The position numbers and the translations under genes were made by a program. A stretch of 64,000 nucleotides of DNA from Callorhinchus milii (taxonomy: Eukaryota): contig NW_024704742.1 in assembly GCF_018977255.1 (NCBI RefSeq), forward strand, positions 133,426,001-133,490,000. The letters are read 5' to 3'. The notes under the pieces are model-generated. The model had not been told where the DNA came from, did no database searches, and saw only the letters and a list, made by a program, of their open reading frames with translations. Shown piece after piece: positions 13,001 to 26,700 of the stretch. Numbering within the stretch: the stretch's first letter is position 1; every line of letters begins with the position of its first letter.

Positions 13001-16000
13001 AATATCATGTAATCATTGTATGTAATAATCCCTTCAAAAATTAAAAAAAATTGGGTCACTCAATCCACGTCTGTTGTGGGACACTGCTGTGTGCAGCTGG
13101 CTGCCTTCGTTTCGCCCACAAAACATAGTCAATTCACTTTACAGTATATTCTGTGAAGCGCTTTGAGACGTTTAGAAGACGTGTTAAGGCGCTATATCAA
13201 ATGCAAGGATTATTGTTATTATGACATTGTACAACTGTTAAAATACTGAGACACTATCATTCACTTCAAGACTGTTTTGTAGCAACCTCAAGTGTACAAA
13301 TTGGCTGACATTATGATAACAGTGATGTAAATGGTGCCTAGACTTAACTTGATATAATGACAAATGGAGAGATAAACTGCAGATGTTCAAGGACCAATGT
13401 GTTGGCAAAAGATCCATACACTCAGTTTAAGTATCTCCTCAGCTGTCTTTGTTATTTTCCCACACACACACACCACCCACACAGCATACTCTGTGCTCCA
13501 GTGAGTAGCTATTAGTAAGATCACAAATAACATTGGATAATGTTAAATACAGTTATATTCTGTGAAGTGCTTTGAGACGTCTCAAAGACATGATAAGGAG
13601 CTGTATCAAATGCAAGGATTATTATCATGATTATTATTATTATTTTCACCATGATTTAGAGTATCCAAACCAGTATGAGAGTTCCACACATAAATGTTAC
13701 CTGCACATGGACATTTCCCTGTGTCTGGAATGGAATCCTACGCCTGCTCACCTGATACCAGAGAGTATTAGGCACAGGTTGGCAAGAGCCAAGGCTTGGG
13801 GACCCTGGAATGGGGGTCGGCGGGGGAGATGGTCGTAAGCACGGTCGAAGAGGAGGATTTGCAGGTGGGACTTGAAAAAGGGGACAGAGGTGGAGGTTAT
13901 TGAGGGAGAATGTTCTAGAGTTTCAGGGTGTAATGGCTGAAAACGCGACCTATGATGGTGGCGCCGAGGGACGAGCAGGAGGCAGGTATCAGTCAAGATC
14001 TAGGTACGGAGTTTAGTCCGGGTAAGTATGCGGGCGGCAGAGTTCTGAATGAGTTGGATCTTTTGATTGGTGGAGTTGGGGAGACTGACAAGGAGTGTGT
14101 TTGAGTAATAGTGAATGTTTTTGTTGCCAAATGCCACAATCTTTTTACATGCAGCAAAGGTCTCTCAAACACACACATGTCCCACAATGTTGTTTAACAC
14201 CCACCTGGAGAATGTCGCATCTGAAAGAAATTGCACTGAAGAAACATCAGAAGAGTTGGAGGCCATTTAGCTCATAAGAGCCTGTACCACCAGATCATTA
14301 GATCAGAGTTGTGTGTTAGCTTGGCTCAGTGTCAGTATCATTCTCACCTAAGTCAGAAGGTTGTGGCTTCAAACCCCGCCTCGGGATCTTAAAATCAATA
14401 ATCTAAGATGACATTCCAGTACAGTGTTGGGGGTATTCAACATTGTCAGAGGTGGCTTCCTTCGGATGAGATGTTAATCCAAGCTCCCATCTGCCTGTTC
14501 CGGGGACATTAAAGATCCCTGGTGTTATTCAAAAAGAAAAGGGAGTTTCTCCTGTTGTCCTGGCTGACAGACAATGCCCCAAATAAAATTGATCATTCAC
14601 CCCAAAGCTGTTTGTAGAACATTGCTGTATGCAATTGGCTGTCGCATTTCATCCACAAAATATACAGTCACTGTAAATCCTGCAAATCACTTTGAGACAA
14701 CTTGACGATGTGATAAGGTGTTATTTCAAATTGCAAGGATTACTATTATTAATATTATTGTTAATAATAATCCCATCCTGACCACCCCATAGCTGCACTA
14801 GCCTATGAGACAAAATCCAGACGTCTGGCTTGAACCCACAACCTTCTGATCTAGAAGCGAGCGTGCTAGCAACCGAACCAGGCTGGTAATGTCATTGGGT
14901 CAACTAAAGTTCTTAGCAATATTGCTTTGCTTCAGATCATGTGTCCTCCTAAAAAAAATTCCAAATAACCGGAAATCAAGTGGGAAATTGATAAGTGACA
15001 CAGTTACAGCGCTGGGGAAATTGCTTCCATTTTTTTTTCAGGGGGGAGGGGGGAATGAAAAGTTTGGGGTTGTTTTTCTCTCATTGTTCTAAACGCAAAG
15101 TCTCAAATGGCTATTCTTCATCTCGAGCCCAGACTGAGTGTCTGTGAGAGTTGGCAGGCTGTTACACCCATCCGTGCCAAATGTAACTTTCCTCACCCAA
15201 AGTCAACACAAGCTTCCTTTCTGTCGGAGATGAAATGCGTTTATCCAAATGTCATAATCCCAAGAAAATCCATAGGAGGTAAAGTGATTCACAGTGTGTC
15301 TGCCTTTGTAGTGCCCATGCAATACTTGCCTCGAGCAACCACACCAAAACTTGTGGAGTCCTGTAGCTCAGTGGTAAGACCACTCGTTTTGCAAGCGAGA
15401 GACCTGAGTTCAATCCCAGGCAGAGGGCGAAACCTTGGGCAAGTTTCCTTACTCCACACAGAGCCTAATAATAATCCCTCCAAAACCAAAAATAATAATA
15501 AATTGGTCATTTTCAATCTACGACTGTTTGTGGGACATTGCTGTGCGCAATTGGCTGCCGCGTTCGCCCACAAATATATAGTCAATTCACTTTACAGTGT
15601 TCTGTGAAGCGCTTTGGGACGTCCTCCCGACGTGAAAAGCGCTATATCAAATGCAAGGATTATTATTATTATTAACTTAGAATTATACATCAAAACAAAA
15701 CCCCTCTTCATTGAAAGCACCGAGAAGGATGATGGTTAATACAGACAGTCTAAGATGACACTCTATTGCATCGCTGGGGATGTGCTGCATTGTCTGACCT
15801 GACCAGACATATAATACCCTATGACTTCATTACATCTGTGTCAGAGTATTGAATAATTAATAATATCTTTGCATTCGATATAGCACATTATCACATTGTC
15901 AAAGAGGTAGGTCTTAAGGTGGGATTTAAAGCTAGATAAAGAGGTGGCAAGGTGGAGGGATTGAGGCAGGGAGTAAAAAGAAAATGGGATCCAAATTTTC

Positions 16001-19000
16001 TCCTTTACTCTTGTTCTTATGTTCCTGTATACTTGATAGACTTGATAGAGTTATCAAGGTAGATAGAGCGAGTCTGGCGAGGTGGAATTGAGTTGTGGAT
16101 CGGCCACGATCTTTGAAAACAGTGGGACAGGCTGGATGGACTGAATGACTTATTAGTATCCTGTTATCCTCAATACCCTTTCATTGACTTTATATTTTCA
16201 TGGACAAAATGCCGCAGCCTATTACACACAGCAGTGTCCCACAAACAGCCCTGTATTGAATGACCAAATTATCCAGCGTATCCAGTGTAAATGAAAGATG
16301 CCCACTGTCTGAGCTTCAAAACACAACCATTCAGCAACACATCAATAATCCTTTGATACACAATACAATTTGTATTTATGTAGTGCCTTTCAGGTCAGGA
16401 GGATGTCTTAGACAGCTTCACACCACTGGATGGGTGAGCGCACAAGCTGGGGACCTTACTTTTTTCCCCCAAGAAATTGTGTCAAAACAATCCAAAAATC
16501 CATAAAATACTACAGTGACTCCACTTTATAATATATAAATATATCTACTGTGCAATATATCCTGTGAAGTGCTTGAGATGTCTTGGCTACGTGATAAGAC
16601 ACTATAACAAATAACAAAGATTATTATTATCATTATAAAATTAACAAGCCAGCTTTGGCAACTAATTTTCAGTAATAATAATTATAAATAACCATATAAA
16701 TGACCTGGACTTGGGATTAGGGAATACAATTTCCAAGTTTGCAGATGATACTAAGCTAGGAAAAGTAGTAAACTGCGAGGAGGTTAGTAGCAGACTTCAA
16801 ATGCACACAGACAGACTGGTAAAATGGGCAGACATGTGGCAGATGAAGTTTAATGTGGAGAAATGTGAAGTGATGCATTTTGATAGGAAGAATGAGGAGA
16901 GGCAATATAAGATGATGGTACAATCTTAAAGGAGGTGAAGGAACAGAGAGACCTGGGGTTCATATAAGGAAATCTTTGAAGGTGTCAGGACAGGTAGATA
17001 AAGCTGTTAAAAAGTACACCCGATACTAGGCTTTATATACAGGCGCATAGAATACAAAAGTCAGGGAGTTATGATGAACCTTTACAAAACACTGGTTAGG
17101 CCTCAGCGAGAGACTGTGGTCAGTTCTAGGCCCCACACTTTAGGAAGGATGTCAAGACATTGGCGAGGGTGCAAAGGAGATTTACCAGGACTGAGGGACT
17201 TCAGCTATGAGGAGAGGCTAGAGACACTAGGATTATTCTCCTTAGAGCAGAGAAAGTTAAGAGGAGACTTATTAGAAGTTTTCAAAATTATGAGGGGATT
17301 CAATAGGGTGAACAAGGAGAAACTATTTCCACTGGCGGGTGGGTCGGTAACCTGAGGACATCGATTTAAAATAGTTGTTAAAAGAAACAGAGGGGAGGTG
17401 AGGAGAAATGTTTTCACACAGCGGATTGTTCGGATCTGGAATGCATTTCCTGAAAGGGTGGTGGAAGCTGATTCGATAAGAGCTTTTAAGAGAGAAGTAG
17501 ATAATTATTTGGGGAGGACAAGTTTGCAGGGCTATGGGGAGAGAGAGCGGGGGAGTGGGATTGATTTGGATAGCTTTTTTCAAAGAGCCGGCACAGACAA
17601 TGGTCTCCTTCTGTTCTGTATAATTCCATGATTCTATGATAATAATGACAACAACACAACTTGCATTTATATAGCGCTCTCCACGCTCCTTGTAAAGTGA
17701 GATATTGTTGGAGATGGGCAATGTGGCTGCTGTGGAGGAACGCGGTCCTGGTCACGGAATGGATGGAGGGAGGAAGGATAACTGGGGATCGAACCTGATG
17801 CCGAAGTTGCACACTGGTTTAGAGAGTCTTAAGGACAGATCTGGTAGGTCGAGGAGGTCTGAATTGTAGAACAAAAGACGGGAGCCAAAGAGTATTGCTT
17901 CCGTCTTGTTGATGTTTAACTGCAAGAAGTTAAACTGCATTTAAGTTTTTTAAGAAGTTATTTAAGCAATTAAATAATAATCCTTGCATTTAGTAAAGCA
18001 TCATATCATGTCTGAAGGACATCGCAAACAACAACAAATTATATTTTTCCACACCTTTCCAGTTATAATTATAATAATAATAATCCTTGCATTTGATATA
18101 GCGCTTTTCACGTCAGGAGGACGTCCCAAAGCGCTTCACAGAACACACTGTAAAGTGAATTGACTGTATATTTGTGGGCGAACGCGGCAGCCAATTGCGC
18201 ACAGCAATGTCCCACAAACAGTCGTGGATTGAAAATGACCAATTTATTATTATTGTTTTTGGTTTTTGGAGGGATTATTATTAGGCTCTGTGTGGAGTAA
18301 GGAAACTTGCCCAAGGTTTCGCCCTGCCTGGAATTGAACTCAGGTCTCTCGCTTGCAAAGCGAGTGCCCTAACCACTGAGCTACAGGACTCCACGTTGGG
18401 TGGACTTCCCAAGGTGTTGGGCAGTCAAGGATTTGACCCGAGCAGGGGTTGGGATCAGGAAGAGTGGAGGGCAGCGATGGTAGGGAAAGGAGGGTGATCG
18501 GAGGCATGGTTGAAGAAGAAGGAAACGGAGAGGGCTAGGTGAAGGGACTATGGAATGGAGTTCGAAAGGGTGGGGCCGGAGAGGCTGAAGACCTGACCAC
18601 CGATGTGAGGTGGGCTTGGTGGGGAATGTGGAGCAGGCCGGAGCCGCAGAGTGGAGGTTGCGGACAGGCAATTAAGTGTTTGCAGGTCAAAGGGCTAGCG
18701 AGGAGAAAGACCATGGAGGAGTTTGCAGGTGAGGATGAGAATTTGGTACTTGATCCTCTGGCTAATGGGGGGCCTAGTGAAGCCGGGCGAGGATGGGTGT
18801 GATGGAAGCCTGGTGCAGGTGAGGATGTGAGCTGCAGAGTTTGAATAATCTGCAGCTTGTGGAGGGAAGAATTGAGAAGACCGACAAGCAAAGAGTTAGC
18901 GTAATCGAGCATGGATGTGATGAACTTGTGGATGAGCGTCTCGGCAGCCTGAGAGGAGAGACAGTGATGGAGCCGGGCGATGTTGTGGAGGTGGGGGAAA

Positions 19001-22000
19001 GGCAGAACTGGTTATGGCACGGACGTGGGGTTTGAAGAACAGTTGAGAGTTAAACAAGTTGCCAAGGTTCTGTACTGGCTCAGTGAGGTGTGAGGTTGCT
19101 GATGGGGACCAAACATGAGGGCTTCGATCTTGCTGGTATTCAACTGGAGAAAGTTAGCTCTCATTCAGGATTTGATGTCTGATAGACAGTTTGTGAAGCA
19201 AAGTCCTTCACAGAGATTACTGTGAAATGGAATGACTGTGTATTTGTGGGCAATCATAGAACGTTACAGACTGAAATGGGTCAATACATCTGCATTGGTG
19301 ATTTTTTTTTCTACGGAAGCCACTGTTGGAGAGAAATCCCACCTGGATTTACTCTGTTTTCTTACCATTTTAGAGAATCTAAAATTTGACAAGTCCTTAC
19401 ATAGTCTCGGATTTAAAACAGGGATCTTTCAAGAGGACTGAAAGCAATTTGCCAAATTCTGCACACACTGAAATATTACACAAACACAGCAAAATCTATA
19501 CCCAGGTTAAATTTCTTTAATCTATCTCCACTCTCTTGCGCACACGAACACGTTGAGTTACTTTACAATATATCCTGTGAAGCGTTTTGAGTTGGCTCAA
19601 CGACAAGATAAGGCTCTATATCAAATGCAAGTATTATTATTGTTATTTATCCCCACCCTCTTTTTTTGGTGAACGTTACCTTTTGAAAAGAATTTGCGGA
19701 CTCTGCCATAATTCTCGCTGTAGCGCTAAAGTGGACATGCATAAAATTGTCGATTCACTTCAAAGCTGTTTATGGGTCATGGTGGGCGTAAATTAACTGC
19801 CATGTTCGCCTACAAATTACACAGTCACTAAAATTTGCAGTGAAAATCTGCTTTGAGACTTTTCGACGATGTGATCAGGTGCTACATCAAATGTAACAAT
19901 CATTATTATTTCAAAATTTTTTTTGTATATCACAGGAACCTTTTGAACCTATGGAGAAGCCACATTCCGAATGCAATCAGTGCTGTCGTCGAGGAGAAGC
20001 AGGTCCCCGCGGCTGGCCAGGAGCCCCGGGTTCACCTGGAATTCCTGGTAACTCATTCAACTGATACATGTGGCCAGGAGCCGAGAGTTCCATGTGTCTA
20101 AGGTGTTGCTGACTGTACAGAGCATGGTTTATTTATTACTCATGCTCACTGGCACTAAAATCCATACTCCCGTCACACCAGTTCTAGCCAGGCTCAACTG
20201 GCTCCATATTACCAAATGGGATTGATTTATTTCAAGATCCTCACACTCGTCTTCAAATCCCTTCATGCCCTGGCACTTCCCTACCTCTCCAAACTGCTTA
20301 CAACAACAACAACAACAACAAGATTCCATTTATAAAGCGCCTTTCACGTCAGGAGGACGTCCCAAGGCGCTGCACAGTTGGGTCATGACCCGAGCAGGGG
20401 GGAAATGGTCAGGGTGAGGGGAGGGAAGGGAGGGAGAGAGGAGGGGGGAAATGGTCAGGGTGAGGGGAGGGAAGGGAGGGAGCAAGGAGGGGGGAAATGG
20501 TCAGGGTGAGGGGAGGGAAGGGAGGGAGCGAGGAGGGGGAAGAGAGTCGAGAGGGGAGCTGAAGGCTCGGTCAAAGAGAAAGGTTTTGAGACCGGCCTTG
20601 AAGGAGGAAAGGGAGGAGGCGGCGAAGGCACTGGGGGATGGAGTTCCAGAGCCTGGGGGCTGAGAGGCTGAAGGCCCGACCACTGATGGTAGGGCGGTTG
20701 GGGCGGGGGACGTGGAGCAGACCGGAGCCAGAGGAACGGAGGGCACGGGCAGGTAGGTAGGGATAGTAGGTTGGAGAGGTAGGAGGGAGCAAGGCCGTGA
20801 ATGGCCTTGTAGGTGAGGATGAGGATCTTGAAATCAATCCTCTGGGGGATGGGGAGCCAGTGGAGGCGAGCGAGGGTGGGAGTGATGTGATCGCGAAGCC
20901 TGGTGCGGGACAGTACACGAGCTGCAGAGTTCTGAATGACCTGCAGCTTGTGGAGGGAGGTGGCGGGAAGGCCGGCGAGGAGAGAGTTCCCGTAGTCCAG
21001 CCTTGAGGTGACAAAGGCGTGAACCAGGGTTTCAGCAGCGTGAGGGGTGAGGTAATGGCGTAGTCTGGCGATGTTCCGGAGGTGATGGAAGGCGGTGCCA
21101 GTTGTGGTGCGGATGTGAGGGAGAAAGGACAGCTCAGGGTCGAACAAAACGCCGAGGTTCCTGACGGCTTTGAGAGGTGGAGAGTGCAGCCTTGGATGCT
21201 GATGGTGTCAGCGCCTGAGGTGCGGAGGCGCTGACGTGAGCCAATCAGGAGGGCCTCGGTTTTTCGCACGTTGAGCTGAAGAAAGTTGTCTCTCGTCCAA
21301 CCCACTATCCGCTTACTCCCCAATCCACTATCCGCTGCCTCCGCTTGACTAGCTCCGGTCTCCTGCTTCTCCCTCGTGCTCTGCGTTCCTCCATTGATGA
21401 ATGTACTTTCAGCCACTATGCCTTGAAACTCTGGAACGCACTCCCTCAATCCCTCCACCTTGCCCTCCCCTTCCCCAGCTTCAAGTTGCACTTAATGACC
21501 TTCTTTTTTGACCCTCCAGCACAGCATCAGGCTCTGCCATTAGTAGGTGCTCTGGGATGCTACTCTGCATGAGGGGCACTATATAAATGCAAGTTGTTAT
21601 AGTTTGTTGGCTTTTTTCGTTGGTCATCCATGTGTCTGAAAACATGTGGAAACCCACCACTATGCTTAAGATTATCCAAACCAAATAGAGTTCTAAACGC
21701 AGGAATTCCCATGTATGGGAATGGACTGCTCGCTCTCTCCCTGAAGGGCCATCTCCTACAAGGCACAGGCCTGCAAGAGCTAAGGCTTGTCTTTGTTGGC
21801 TTATTAGTGTTCACAAAAGCGTGGTGTGAGTTATTTAAATCTGTGATAAACAGCAGTGCATTCTTCATTGAAAGATTGTGGTTCAAGTGCTATTTCGGGA
21901 CTTTGAACTCCTGTAATCTAGGCTGATTCGTGCAGTAATGGAGGTGCTGTGTTTTCAGAGATGTTGTCTGCTTGTTCAGGTGGACATGAAAGATCCTGTG

Positions 22001-23766
22001 ACACTAGTCAAAAAAAGAAGAATTTTTCTCTAATTCTGGAGAGTATTTGTCATAGGTTGGCAAGAACCAAGGTCTGGGATTCCCAGAGTGTGCGTTGGGG
22101 TAACTGCTGGAGACTAACTGGGTAAAACCGAAAATTGAGAGCACTGCCTGGCAGGCTGTCCTGCTGCTTGTCCAGCTGGGACTACAGTACCCATTATGAC
22201 TTTGGCTTCCAGGGTTAACAGGAGCTGAGTGGGAAGAATCCCTGTCTCCAATCTGGGCTGTGCTGTCAATTGCAGTGCCCTGGAATATGGGGGACCTGCC
22301 TGGCTGAGGAACTGGACCTCCGAGACTGCCCAGAGTAGATTATTGGCATTCTGTAGCCAAGCACATCATCCTGGAGCTCAGCTACAAGGAACCCCATTTT
22401 CCTCCCCTAAGGGTCATGAGTTGGTCAACTCACAAGCGCACACTTGGGGGAGGAGAGAAGGGTAGGATGATGCCGCTAAGTGTCCATTCAGTGTATTACG
22501 TCAAGTTTTGTCAGAATTTAGCTTTGTTAGGGAAGTGTTAAGTAACTGTGCTAATTAAGGAACGCTGGAAATTTCCCCCTGTAGATACATAAAAATGTTC
22601 AGCGCCGACCGAGGTCAATTTCCACAATTGGTTGGGTAATGCTTCCTTCAGGAGCATGTAAAGCTTGAAGTGCTTTACATGATGTATTGGAAAGTGGCGT
22701 GACTGATTTGTAGGCGAACGTTATGAAGTGTACTGTCTCTTGATTCAACAGGAAACCACGGAAACAATGGGAACAATGGTCTACCGGGGCACGAGGGGAT
22801 AAAGGGCGACAAGGGCGATAAGGGGCACATAGGTCTACGAGGAGAACGGGGGACACAGGGTATTCAAGGAGAGAAGGGGCAAGCTGGGATTCCAACAGAA
22901 TTCAAGGTATAAGAGATTCTCATCTGATTTCACAATGAATGTGTTGCTTTTTGTCACAGAATATCAAAAAATATAATGGTCGTCCTTCATATCCGAAGAT
23001 GGCTGTTCACACAATGTGATCACCTGGGTGTGTGAATTTGTTTAAAGGGAAGCTGCTCCCCACACAGCAACCACACTGTTAGGTAGTAACAGTGTAACCT
23101 GGTGTCAAGGAATATGTGAGACCAGACCACTTGCTAACTGCAATGGCAGAAACCATTACTACGTAAAGCGATCCCCAATCGACTAACAACTGGGTTCCTA
23201 CTTACTGCTAGTTAAACAGAGGCTTGTGGAGTAACAAAATTACGTAGGGTTTCACTCCGCAAAGAGTATTAGAGCATCAGAGGAAGCTCTTCTGATATGC
23301 TAGGTCCACACTCCTTCAAACACAGCAATGCCATTAGACATCTCTGTTTGGCAATTCATTCATTATTGTAAATAGACTGATACACAGTGTGTGCTGTGTA
23401 CACACAGGGCCAGAGGTTTGAATTCTCTGCACAATTGCACATCAGTTATCTCTGCACAAGAATGTATCCTCACCAGCAGCGGGAAGCTTGCCAGACAGTA
23501 CTCTCAATAGCAAGCTACTGCAGTTTTAACTAGTTAAACTCCAGCTGTATCCCAATACACACTCTGGGCTCCTCAAGTCTTTAGTTTCTCCCAAACTGCG
23601 CCCAATACATTTTTTCCCCCAGTGCCCTGGTCAACAATTTATTTTATTTATCAAATAATTGTTGATTGACTTTGTGGCTGTTTGTGTGATATTATTGTGC
23701 TGCCGTGTTCCCACACAAAATGCACGGTCAATACACTTCACAGTGAATCGAGTGAAGCACATTGAA

Positions 23767-23798
<32 letters not shown>

Positions 23799-26700
23799 AA
23801 AAATACAAAGTTAATCCACTTCGCAATATATTCTATGAAGCACTTTCAGGCATCTCACTTTCAGCGTCTTGAAACGTCCTCCCGATGTGAAAGGCTCTAT
23901 ACAAATGTAATCTTGATATTGTCTCAATGACGTGATAAGGATTATTAATTATTATTCTCCTGACATAACAGTCCCTTCAAACTCTGGCATCGCTCTACCT
24001 CTCCAACCTGCTTCTTCCCCAACCCACGACCCACTGCCTCTGCTTGACTGGCTCCAGCTTCCAGCTTGTCCCCCGTGCTCTCCTTTCGACCAACGGTGGC
24101 CGTACTTTCTGCCAATATGTCCCTAAACTATGGAAAACACTCTGGAATGCTACCTTGGGTGAGGGCTGCCATATTGTTGTTGTTGTTGAAAGACATCATA
24201 TATAATGATTATTATTAGTAAATGAGCTCTAGCCAATTTCCGTTGGAGTTGAAGCCTCATTTCCAATCTTAGGACCATATTCTGGAGTTCCATGTTAGAG
24301 GTCATTGAATGGCTTTCAAAGTGTCAGGCCGCGATTACTGGATTTAATCCCTTTTTCTTTTGTTTATGATCTTCTTTGTGAGTTCCGCAGGTGGCTTTCA
24401 TGGCTTCCATGGCAACTCATTTCACCAACCAAAACAGTGGCATCATTTTCAGCAGTGTAGAGACCAATGTTGGAAACCATTTTGACGTGATGACAGGGAG
24501 GTTCACTGTTCCTGTACCAGGTAGGCTGGCAATATTACAGCTTGTGACACCACACACAGAGCCCAGTCCCCTAGCTAAAGTTGCTAAAACTGCGAAGCTC
24601 TTTGAGAAGTCCTCCCGACGTGAACTGTAAAGATAAACCGTAAAGATGATTGAAGACATTATTACAGATGATTAATAATTAATTATTATAATTGGTTGGT
24701 GTAATTAATAATTAATAAACCTAATTAATTAAACAATCAATTTATTAATTAATCAATGTATTTATTGTCAACTTCTGTTATTCATTTGTTTGCTTGTTTC
24801 TATTTTGTTTATTAATTAAGCATGTTCACTTCTATTGGATGTCGCTGGCTATCCTCAGACCTTGTAACTTTCTCTGAATTAGAAGGCTTGAAGGCTTCTG
24901 TTCCTACACCCCTCACCTCTGGAGCTCCCTCCCTTCATCACAGTCTTGCCTCCTCTCTTTCTATCTTTAAGTCCTGTTTTCCAATCCTGCTGGTTAAACT
25001 TCAGCAGTTACTCCTAACGCACACTCTGGGGTCCTCAAGCCTTGGCTCATCCCAACCTGGGCCTAATACTCTCCAGAGAGTGAGTGTGCATCTCATTGCA
25101 CTTTAAAGTAAATCCTGAGAAGAGCCTTGAGCTGACTTGCAGTCATGATAAAACGTTTGATCAGCTAACACTGTTCTGCTGCACCTGCCTGGGATTTTAA
25201 CCTCTTCAGCCAATCCTATGATCACCCCTACCTCCCCTTTCTCTCTTGATCGGCATCCAGTCCTGCCAGTGTACAATCCTCCAAGACAAAGTCTTGTGAG
25301 AAGGCGCTATATAAATGAAAGTTGTTGATGATCAAATGCAAGGATTCACCGAACGGATCGACTTCTAGATCCTCACACTCGTCTTCAAAGCCCTTCATGC
25401 CCTGGTTTCTCCTTACCTCTCCGACCTGCTTACTCCCCAATCCACAACCTGCTGCCTCGGCTCGACTGGCTCCGGCCTCCTACTTGCCCTTCGTGCCTTC
25501 TGTTCCACCATCAGCGACTACACATTTAGCCACTACGGCCCAAAACCCTGGAACACTCTTCCTCTATCCCTCCTCCTTGCCCCCTCCTTCCTCTTCCTCT
25601 TCAACCGAGCCTACGGTCACTCCCCCTTTCCCCCCCCAGCTGGAAATCATGCTCCACCACTGTTAAGTGCTCTGGGACACCACCTTGCGCCATGTAAATG
25701 CAAGTTGTTGTTGTTGATGATCAAATGGAAGGATTATTAAGAAATGTGTTAAGAAATAGCGCAATATAACAATAACTTGTGTTTTGCCAAGAATACTTTC
25801 CAAAAATAGATGAATTAAGGGCTCGTTGGATTCTACTGTGAATTTAGTTCATACTAAGTGAAACTGTGCGCAGGAGGGTGACATTTTCATTTCTGGATCA
25901 TTTAACTTTATGTCTAGTTGTCTTTTAACAATGATATATTTTGAACATTTAGAAGACTACGTTGAATTATAACTGGCTATAAAAACTAAATTAATTTATG
26001 TTGAAATCCTGGCTATGGGGCGTTAGTTGAAATGATGAACTAATAATTAAATCTCATAAAAACCCATAAATTGCAGCAAATTTATTTTAGGTAAATCGCA
26101 GACATGTGTAAAAAATATGAAGTCTATTAAACTGAAGTAGAATCTGGAGTGATGCCAGGGAGATAGAGGAAGTGGGAAAATATAAAATAACGTGATTTAT
26201 TTTGGGGTATTCGACACATACAGAAACCGATCACCATCCTTAAGTGTATCCAAAGAAAACTGAGAATGCCATGCATCCCACCTAAACAGGACATTTTTCA
26301 TAATTATAGCCTTAACATTGACAGCTTAAAATTTAAGCTGGTGCCCAATTGTGGAAAATTCTTAATTTTATTTCAATTTCAAAGCCAATATTTTTACTGG
26401 ACTATAAAGACTTATTTTTGGTCAGCCAGGTGTCAGAGACATGTGGAAACCATTCCCATACTTAAGAGTATCCAAACCAAATTGAGAGTTCCCTGAAGCC
26501 ACGCACTCTGCTTACCTAATTATGGAGAGTATTAGGCATAGGCTGGAGAGAGGCAAAGCTTAGAGATTCTGAGATATGCATTGTGCAAAACTTCTGGAGT
26601 CTAACCAGCTAAAGCAGCATAACTTGGCATTGAGAATACTTTCTGACAAGCTTCCAAATGCACGTGAAAAGTTTCCTTTGCTCTGGTCTCTGTATCCGCC

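Noticed and set aside
15355..15425. tRNA-Ala(TGC) gene
   Set aside because: It has A/B boxes and an anticodon arm, but no proper acceptor stem, and it continues into a SINE body repeated many times.
15107..15607. Recurrent ORF family ending [25 protein letters not shown] (also 35473, 50720, 18108)
   Set aside because: Chance open frame through the young SINE consensus, not a protein family.
20455..21491. Long ORFs of 230 and 306 aa as host genes
   Set aside because: They are L2 ORF2 C-terminal remnant and alternate-frame read-through; 5'-truncated and frameshifted.
22599..22895. Minus-strand 98-aa ORF
   Set aside because: Antisense shadow of the collagen exon 3.
24521..24630. Extension of exon 4 as in ORF 24391..24630
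   Set aside because: Similarity to CTRP3 stops at the gt donor at 24521; the remainder is intronic and includes a SINE tail fragment.
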